Of a stretch of DNA of 64,000 bases, positions 57,877-64,000 are shown piece by piece. Position 1 is the first letter of the stretch. Every line of letters begins with the position of its first letter. Made by a program: the position numbers and the translations under genes. Location: positions 2,670-66,669 of the forward strand of contig CALDDL010000012.1 in NCBI GenBank assembly GCA_937936675.1, in the 5' to 3' direction. Origin of the DNA: an uncultured bacterium. Lineage in GTDB: Bacteria; Bacteroidota; Ignavibacteria; Ignavibacteriales; Melioribacteraceae. The notes beneath the pieces were generated by a model. That model saw nothing but the letters and a program-made list of their open reading frames with translations, was not told the origin of the DNA and did no database searches.

Positions 57877-59274
57877 ATGAAAATTACTTTTGTGGGAGCT
57901 GCACGTACTGTTACAGGCTCTATGCACTTAATTGAAACAAACGGAAAAAAGTTTTTGCTCGATTGCGGGATGTATCAGGGTAAAAGAAAAATAGCATTTG
58001 AAATAAACAGAACATTTGATCTATTCGATCCAAAAGAACTTGATTTTATTATTCTTTCACATGCTCATATTGACCATTCAGGTAATCTCCCCACGATTGT
58101 AAGAAAAGGTTTTAAAGGAGATATTTATTCTACATTTGCTACGAGAGACTTGGCTGCTGTTATGCTTCAAGATAGTGCTCATATTCAGGAAAAAGATGTT
58201 GAGTATGTAAATAAAAGAAGAAAGAAGCGAGGGCAAAATCTTTTTGAACCCTTATATACACAAGACGATGCTCTGGCAACATTAGGAATGTTTGTAGGAA
58301 TGAATTACCATCGCGAAAGAGAAATTGCTCCCGGTATTAAATTAGCATTTTTCGATGCGGGTCATATCCTCGGTTCGGCTTCAGTTTTTCTTACAATAAA
58401 AGAAGATGATAAAATAATTAAACTTGGTTTCTCCGGAGATCTCGGAAGAAATAATCTCCCAATATTAAAAGACCCTGAACATATTCCGAATGTTGACCTA
58501 TTTATTTCGGAAAGTACTTACGGCGGAAGAATGCATGAGAACGCACTAAATTCAGAAGCCCAATTAGAAGAAGTCGTAAGACGTGCAATGAAAAATAAAA
58601 GCAAAATTATCATTCCTGCTTTTAGCGTAGGAAGAACTCAAGAGATCGTTTTCGCATTAAATAGAATTTATGACAGAACTAAATTAATTCCTATCCCAAC
58701 TTATGTTGATAGTCCTCTTTCTGTAAATGCTACTGATGTATTTAGAATGCACCCTGAATGCTTCGATTACGAAACTGTCCAATTCTTACTTAAAGAAGAA
58801 GACCCTTTCGGTTTCAAAAAACTTACTTATATTACTGACGTCGAGGATTCAAAAAGACTCAATGAAAAAAAGGGACCGCTAATTATTATTTCAAGCTCCG
58901 GAATGTGCGAAGCCGGTAGAATTCTGCATCACCTTGCAAATAATGTCGGTGATCCTAATAATATCATTTTAATGGTTGGATATTCGGCGGTTCATACATT
59001 AGGCAGAAGGATAATTGACGGTGAAAAAAGAATTAAAATTTTCGGTGATGAATATGATCTTAAAGCAGAAGTAGTTGTAATGGAATCATTCAGTGCTCAT
59101 GCAGATGCCGAAGAACTATATAATTATGCAGATAAGTTTGATAAAAGCAGAATGCAAAATTATATTTTGGTTCATGGAGAATATGAACAGCAGCAGATTT
59201 TTAAGGAAAAACTTCATTCACTTGGTTTCTTAAATGTTACAATACCCGCTCGCGGTGAAACGATTTCTATATAG
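57877..59274 (+). CDS. MBL-fold metallo-hydrolase, beta-CASP (RNA-metabolising) subfamily
   Basis: MKITFVGAARTVTGS, the HAHIDHSG motif, beta-CASP motifs (ESTYG, SVGRTQE) and the C-terminal SAHAD. Confidence 0.85.
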   Translation: MKITFVGAARTVTGSMHLIETNGKKFLLDCGMYQGKRKIAFEINRTFDLFDPKELDFIILSHAHIDHSGNLPTIVRKGFKGDIYSTFATRDLAAVMLQDSAHIQEKDVEYVNKRRKKRGQNLFEPLYTQDDALATLGMFVGMNYHREREIAPGIKLAFFDAGHILGSASVFLTIKEDDKIIKLGFSGDLGRNNLPILKDPEHIPNVDLFISESTYGGRMHENALNSEAQLEEVVRRAMKNKSKIIIPAFSVGRTQEIVFALNRIYDRTKLIPIPTYVDSPLSVNATDVFRMHPECFDYETVQFLLKEEDPFGFKKLTYITDVEDSKRLNEKKGPLIIISSSGMCEAGRILHHLANNVGDPNNIILMVGYSAVHTLGRRIIDGEKRIKIFGDEYDLKAEVVVMESFSAHADAEELYNYADKFDKSRMQNYILVHGEYEQQQIFKEKLHSLGFLNVTIPARGETISI

Positions 59275-61156
59275 CGCAATTCTATTTTTTGTATTTACTT
59301 CTGCTTCGTATTCGCAAGTGGAAGTAGATACATCTAAATTTCATCTCTCGGGATATAAATATAAAAGTGCTTCGGCTATTTTTGATAAACAGCTCAATAC
59401 TTATTTTTTCAATTATAGAATAAAATACTTTTTAGAAAAAGATAATTTTTTTACCGGAATAAAAGAAAATTTTACATCGACAATAACTAAAACTTCCGAA
59501 AAAAATATTAAAGATGAACAGTATTTAAGTGCAATAGGAGAATATAAATTTTCGGATATTTTCAGAGCCGGAGTATTAATAGATAATACTCTTTATTCCG
59601 ATGATAGAAAAACGGCTATAAATAAAGCATCGCAAATAAATCTTTCCGGTTATACAAAAATAAAATTTAATTCAAATATATCATTAACGCCTTATTTAGG
59701 TTTATCTAAGAATAAACAAATTAGTGAAGATGATAGCGGTTTATTATATGGAGCAGAAGGATTTATTGAGCAGCTCTCGTTAAATGATTTTATAATAAAT
59801 TCATCGGCACGATTTCAGAATGAAGACATTTCTCCGAGAAAAAATGCACTGAGAGTTATTAATACCGAAATAAATAACCAATTCGATTCGCAGTTCAGCA
59901 ATAAATTACTTGCAGGATATTCAGAGCAAAGAAAAGATTTTTATTTTGCGGCTGATCCAACTACTTCCGAAGAATTTGGAATCAATAATAATATCCAAAG
60001 CCGTACCGAATCCAATTATCTAATCCAAGAAAAATTAAATTATATCTCTCCTGATGATAATCTCCTATTTGATCTCTTGGGAAGAGTCTATTGGCGCGAT
60101 ATAGACCGTACCACTCGCTTTATTTCACTTAATAATAGCAATGTGAATCTCGATAATAAAATCAATGAATTCCGGCTGGAATTTGCAGGTAATATATCGT
60201 TCATTTCTGAAATCCTTCAAGCTAATTTAAGAGCATCTTATACTGAACGTGAAGAAAAACACGAGCCAAAGAGGATCGATGGTATTTCTGATTTTTCTTT
60301 TAATGAAAAAAGTATTCAAGAAGCTCAAAAAAATAATTTCTCTCAATTATCCACCGTTACTTTTCTTGGTAAAATTAATTTAACTCGAAAAGACTTGCTT
60401 ATTACAAGTGTATTTCATCGAAAACTAAGATATGATACACCAAGCGAGATTAATTTTGATGATAGAGATGAGCTGCTTACTATTGCACGAATCCAATACG
60501 AAAGAAAAATCAATGCGATTTTCACTGCATTTATAAACACAGAAGCGAGCTTAAATAAAACTGTATATATTTTTAAAGAGAGAAGCTCAAATAATAATAT
60601 CAATAGAATCATAAAATTAAGCGGTGGTGGAATTTTTAAGACTGACAGATTTGAATCAAAAAATAATGCCGAAGTCTCTGCTAATTATACAGTTTATGAA
60701 TTTGAAGAACTAAGTCCTAATTTTAAGAGTTACTCTTTTAGACAGCTTGCTCTTAGAGATTCATCTCAATTACATATTTCAAGAAGAATGAAATTGACAG
60801 GAACAGGATACTTAAAATTTAGTGAGCAAGGAGATTTTAATTGGGATGATTTTAAAAGCCGACCTATTAGATATTTAAGTGAAGCTTTTTGCGAAATTAA
60901 ATTATATTACACCTATAATATGATTTCACTTGGAGCAGGTATTCGTTATTTTAATTTAAGTACGTACGGATATGATAATGATAGTAATAAGAAACTGCTT
61001 TCAAGATACGAAAGTATCGGACCGGTTTCCGATATCACAATCGCCTTAAACTCAGTATCGCTCTCTTTTTATGGATGGTATGAATTTATTAAAACGGAAA
61101 ATGCAGTAAATAGAAATATGGCTAATATGAATTTAAAAGCAACAATAGCTTTTTAA
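59255..61156 (+). CDS. Putative large outer-membrane beta-barrel protein (unknown family)
   Basis: I prefer the GTG at 59255 (VKRFLYSAILFFVFTSASYSQ signal peptide). The track ATG at 59234 would overlap the upstream gene by 41 nt. The sequence has alternating beta pattern and ends ...LKATIAF. Confidence 0.5.
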   Translation: MKRFLYSAILFFVFTSASYSQVEVDTSKFHLSGYKYKSASAIFDKQLNTYFFNYRIKYFLEKDNFFTGIKENFTSTITKTSEKNIKDEQYLSAIGEYKFSDIFRAGVLIDNTLYSDDRKTAINKASQINLSGYTKIKFNSNISLTPYLGLSKNKQISEDDSGLLYGAEGFIEQLSLNDFIINSSARFQNEDISPRKNALRVINTEINNQFDSQFSNKLLAGYSEQRKDFYFAADPTTSEEFGINNNIQSRTESNYLIQEKLNYISPDDNLLFDLLGRVYWRDIDRTTRFISLNNSNVNLDNKINEFRLEFAGNISFISEILQANLRASYTEREEKHEPKRIDGISDFSFNEKSIQEAQKNNFSQLSTVTFLGKINLTRKDLLITSVFHRKLRYDTPSEINFDDRDELLTIARIQYERKINAIFTAFINTEASLNKTVYIFKERSSNNNINRIIKLSGGGIFKTDRFESKNNAEVSANYTVYEFEELSPNFKSYSFRQLALRDSSQLHISRRMKLTGTGYLKFSEQGDFNWDDFKSRPIRYLSEAFCEIKLYYTYNMISLGAGIRYFNLSTYGYDNDSNKKLLSRYESIGPVSDITIALNSVSLSFYGWYEFIKTENAVNRNMANMNLKATIAF

Positions 61157-61248
61157 TTGTATTATTTTGAATAATGTACTTGAAAAGCGATTCTATCCGT
61201 TATATTTTTAGAGTTAGATAACAATTAAGAACAGCCGGAGTTGAAAAA

Positions 61249-61662
61249 TTGCCCGAGAAAGTTTTTTATAAGGAAATACCAAGCGATCCATCCTACCTTC
61301 CCGAGGCGGAGGAATTTATTATTAATATCGCTCAAGCCAGTAATCTTGCTGAAGTTAAATACAATAGTTTGGCACTTTCCTTCTCGGAGGCTGCTTCTAA
61401 TTGTGTTGTTCATGGTAATAAAAATGATCCTAATAAAAAGGTAAGGATAAAGGTTGTTGTCGATGAAGAGAAAATCACTGTTATCTTAAAAGATGAAGGA
61501 AATGGATTTAATATTCAGAAAGTACCCGATCCTACAAAACCGGAAAATATACTAAAAGACAGCGGGCGCGGTATTCATATAATGAAATCTTTTTTGGATG
61601 AACTTAGTTATAGATCAACACCGGAAGGGACAGAAACAATTCTTGTAATAAAATTAAAATAA
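61249..61662 (+). CDS. Anti-sigma regulatory factor-type Ser/Thr kinase (RsbW/SpoIIAB-like HATPase_c)
   Basis: TTG start 8 nt after a GGAG SD. N-box SEAASNCVVHGN, G1 box DEGNGF, G2 box DSGRGIHIM. Confidence 0.7.
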   Translation: MPEKVFYKEIPSDPSYLPEAEEFIINIAQASNLAEVKYNSLALSFSEAASNCVVHGNKNDPNKKVRIKVVVDEEKITVILKDEGNGFNIQKVPDPTKPENILKDSGRGIHIMKSFLDELSYRSTPEGTETILVIKLK

Positions 61663-61687
61663 TTAATTAAATCTAAGGAGTTGGGAA

Positions 61688-62653
61688 ATGGGCAGAAAGA
61701 AAATTTCATTAATTGGCGGCGGACAGATTGGCGGAGTCTTAGCCCAATTAATTGCACTAAAAGAACTTGGTGATGTAGTTTTATTTGATATAGTAGAAGA
61801 TTTGCCACAAGGGAAAACTTTAGATATAGCAGAGGCATCACGTGTTGATGGTTTTGATATTTCATGCAAGGGAACTAACGATTATAAAGATATCGAAGGT
61901 TCTGATCTTGTCATCGTTACCGCCGGGCTCCCAAGAAAACCGGGTATGAGCCGTGATGATCTACTAGCCGTTAATGCTAAGATTATGAGATCGGTAGCAG
62001 AGAATGTAAAAACTTATGCCCCCGATTCTATCGTTATAGTTATATCAAATCCTCTTGATGCTATGGTAACATTATTTAAAAACGTTTCCGGATTTCCTAC
62101 TAATCGCGTAATTGGTCAAGCCGGCGTTCTTGATTCATCCCGATTCTCCACTTTCATCGCTTGGGAATTAGGAGTATCGGTGAAAGACGTAAATGCAATG
62201 GTGCTCGGAGGACATGGTGATACGATGGTTCCAATTATTCGATATGCAAACGTTAACGGAATTCCGGTGATGGAATTATTGGAAAGAAAATATAATGATA
62301 AAGCAAAAGCTAAAGAGGTGATGAATGCCATGGTCGAAAGGACAAAAATGGCAGGCGGTGAAGTGGTAAAACTTCTTAAAACCGGTTCTGCGTTCTATAG
62401 CCCTGCTTCATCTGCTATTGCAATGGCGGAAGCTATTTTGCACGATCAAAAAAGAGTCCTTCCTGCTTGTGCTTTTTTAAATGGTGAGTTTGGAATATCA
62501 GGTTATTATGTTGGTGTGCCGGCTATACTAGGTGCTAATGGAATTGAAAAGATTATCGACTTCGCTTTAGACGAAGAAGAGCAGAAATTATTCGATTATT
62601 CAGTAAATGCGGTTACTACTTTAGTCGCAGATATGGAAAGACTAGGTCTTTAA
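61688..62653 (+). CDS. mdh: Malate dehydrogenase (LDH-like MDH)
   Basis: [15 protein letters not shown] fold, [18 protein letters not shown]-type loop ([18 protein letters not shown]), and GGHGDTMVP. Confidence 0.95.
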   Translation: MGRKKISLIGGGQIGGVLAQLIALKELGDVVLFDIVEDLPQGKTLDIAEASRVDGFDISCKGTNDYKDIEGSDLVIVTAGLPRKPGMSRDDLLAVNAKIMRSVAENVKTYAPDSIVIVISNPLDAMVTLFKNVSGFPTNRVIGQAGVLDSSRFSTFIAWELGVSVKDVNAMVLGGHGDTMVPIIRYANVNGIPVMELLERKYNDKAKAKEVMNAMVERTKMAGGEVVKLLKTGSAFYSPASSAIAMAEAILHDQKRVLPACAFLNGEFGISGYYVGVPAILGANGIEKIIDFALDEEEQKLFDYSVNAVTTLVADMERLGL

Positions 62654-62656
62654 AAC

Positions 62657-62686
62657 AAAAAAGCTGCCTTAGGGCAGCTTTTTTTA
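62657..62686. terminator. Bidirectional rho-independent terminator between mdh and rpmA
   Basis: An A-run, stem AAGCTGCC (62661-62668), loop TTAG, stem GGCAGCTT (62673-62680), then a T-run. Confidence 0.8.
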
Positions 62687-62705
62687 TGAAAACTAAAAAG
62701 AAATA

Positions 62706-62966
62706 TTAATTTGCGTTTTCTAAAACGTGAATATATTTTCTATTGTTTTTCTTAACGTCAAAATTTACGAATCCTTCGATAGTAGCAAATAAAGAATCAT
62801 CTTTACCTTTTTTCACATTAGTTCCGGGATGGAATTTTGTTCCTCTTTGTCTAACAAGTATAGAACCTGCGGTAACTCTTTCACCACCGAAAGCTTTAAC
62901 ACCGAGAAATTGCGGATTACTATCACGACCGTTCTTTGACGAACCTTGACCTTTTTTATGAGCCAT
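62706..62966 (-). CDS. rpmA: 50S ribosomal protein L27
   Basis: [24 protein letters not shown]... is the canonical L27 N-terminus. Confidence 0.97.
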   Translation of the reverse strand: MAHKKGQGSSKNGRDSNPQFLGVKAFGGERVTAGSILVRQRGTKFHPGTNVKKGKDDSLFATIEGFVNFDVKKNNRKYIHVLENAN

Positions 62967-62982
62967 TTATCTATCCTCCCGA

Positions 62983-63291
62983 TTAAGCTATTTTTGTAAC
63001 TTCAATTTTTGTTAATTCTTGTCTATGTCCATTCATCTTTCTATATCCAATTCTTCTCTTTTTCTTAAACACAATCACTTTATCATCTTTTGTATGTTCT
63101 AAGACTTTAGCATGGACTTTTACACCATCAACATAAGGTGTGCCTACTTTAGTAGAATCATCTTGTGTCAATACAAGGACATTATCAAATACAACTTCAG
63201 CTTCAAGGTCTGCCTTTAATTTAGGGACATAGTATTTACTATTTTCCTCTACCTTGAATTGCTGACCGGCTATATCAACAACCGCAAACAT
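62983..63291 (-). CDS. rplU: 50S ribosomal protein L21
   Basis: I prefer the ATG at 63291 (MFAVVDIAGQQFKV), preceded by GGAGG. The GTG at 63303 in the track lies inside the SD. Confidence 0.95.
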   Translation of the reverse strand: MFAVVDIAGQQFKVEENSKYYVPKLKADLEAEVVFDNVLVLTQDDSTKVGTPYVDGVKVHAKVLEHTKDDKVIVFKKKRRIGYRKMNGHRQELTKIEVTKIA

Positions 63292-63401
63292 TAATTCCTC
63301 CACGTAAAAAATTTTCGAGCTTCAAATATAGCTAAAGGATAACTCTATGTCAATAAATGATTTATGATAAAATTCTATTATATGCTTTAAACTATAATAT
63401 A

Positions 63402-64000
63402 TTATTTTTTGAGGGAAAATGAAAATTCAGTGCCAATTCCCGGTGTGCTACTAACCGATATACGAGATCCATGTGCTTCAATAATATGTTTTACAATAGC
63501 CAAGCCGAGTCCTGTGCCACCCACTTCTCGCGAACGATCCTTATCCACTCTATAAAAACGTTCAAAAATACGCTCTAAATCTTGACTAGAAATTCCAATA
63601 CCTGAATCTTTAACTGTAATTTTGCCCATTTTATCTTCTTCTGTAACTAAAATCTCAACTTTTCCTATTTCTGTATATTTTATTGCATTCATTATTAAAT
63701 TAACTAAAACCTGTTTTAATTTCTCTTTGTCACCAAAAAATTGAAGATTATGATGTACCGGATGTAATTCTAATATCAATCCTTTTGAATATGCATGCGG
63801 CTCTAATTCATTTATTATCGATTTTAAATATTCTTGCACATTAAAATAACGAAAGCTCATTTTCATCTGCCCGGACTCAATCATCGATATATCTATTAAA
63901 TCATTCAATAAATTGCTGAGATTAGAGGTATGGTTATTTGCTTTCTGAAGAAAATTGAGATTAACTTTACTATCGTTGATAGCTCCGTCTAAAAGGGTTT
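63402..64000 (-). CDS. Sensor histidine kinase, C-terminal part (partial, continues beyond the right edge)
   Basis: HATPase_c N-box NLIMNAIKYT, G1 box DSGIGI, G2 box GGTGLGLAIVKHIIEAHG. The frame stays open upstream of the track Met to the window end, so the HisKA His lies outside the window. Confidence 0.85.
   Translation of the reverse strand, partial: TLLDGAINDSKVNLNFLQKANNHTSNLSNLLNDLIDISMIESGQMKMSFRYFNVQEYLKSIINELEPHAYSKGLILELHPVHHNLQFFGDKEKLKQVLVNLIMNAIKYTEIGKVEILVTEEDKMGKITVKDSGIGISSQDLERIFERFYRVDKDRSREVGGTGLGLAIVKHIIEAHGSRISVSSTPGIGTEFSFSLKK

Noticed and set aside
61241-61444. The 67-aa ORF overlapping the anti-sigma kinase gene start in another frame.
   Set aside because: The 137-aa frame carries the HATPase_c N, G1 and G2 boxes and correct SD spacing. 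The 67-aa frame has no motif.
1-64000. Searched all intergenic gaps for tRNA, rRNA, tmRNA/RNase P/SRP-like structured GC-rich segments, CRISPR repeat arrays, IS elements, integrases and phage genes.
   Set aside because: Intergenic regions are short (mostly under 270 nt) and AT-rich. I saw no cloverleaf-like or repeat-spacer structure. No ORF shows transposase (DDE), integrase or phage-type motifs.

Overview
This is a 64-kb, densely coding, low-GC chromosomal segment. Gene content and order (ileS-dksA-lspA; TPR / DUF4292-like / EnvC-like; several T9SS C-terminal sorting domains; class II RNR) point to the FCB group, possibly Ignavibacteriota-like. That placement is inference only. I support about 52 CDSs. 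Most are housekeeping: uvrA (partial), lepB, lepA, cysS, rluD, lspA, ileS, a PNP gene, divIVA, yggS, nrdJ, malQ, gpx, pta, mdh, rpmA, rplU and a partial histidine kinase. I found no rRNA, tRNA, CRISPR array, transposase, integrase or prophage signature, and no recognisable defence island. The accessory content is envelope and surface biology. (1) A visibly AT-rich polysaccharide locus (GT4/DUF1972, GT2, KpsC/S-like, GT2, glf, wzx) runs directly into a 1,570-aa C25 (gingipain/PorU-like) cysteine peptidase and a tightly coupled beta-barrel gene. (2) Five proteins carry T9SS-type C-terminal domains: an S8 protease, the C25 protein, a nine-heme c-type cytochrome, and a tandem pair of large paralogues of unrecognised family. 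(3) There is a Tyr-rich, Ser/Arg/Pro-rich low-complexity lipoprotein flanked by beta-barrel OMP genes, a metallophosphoesterase-like domain with all metal ligands substituted, and a DksA/TraR protein with a histone-H1-like Lys/Ala tail. The best candidates for something undescribed are the tandem T9SS-tagged paralogue pair (50644-55533, variant CTD with a conserved tail) and the T9SS-tagged multiheme cytochrome. All functional calls rest on motifs read by eye. No searches or computations were run.
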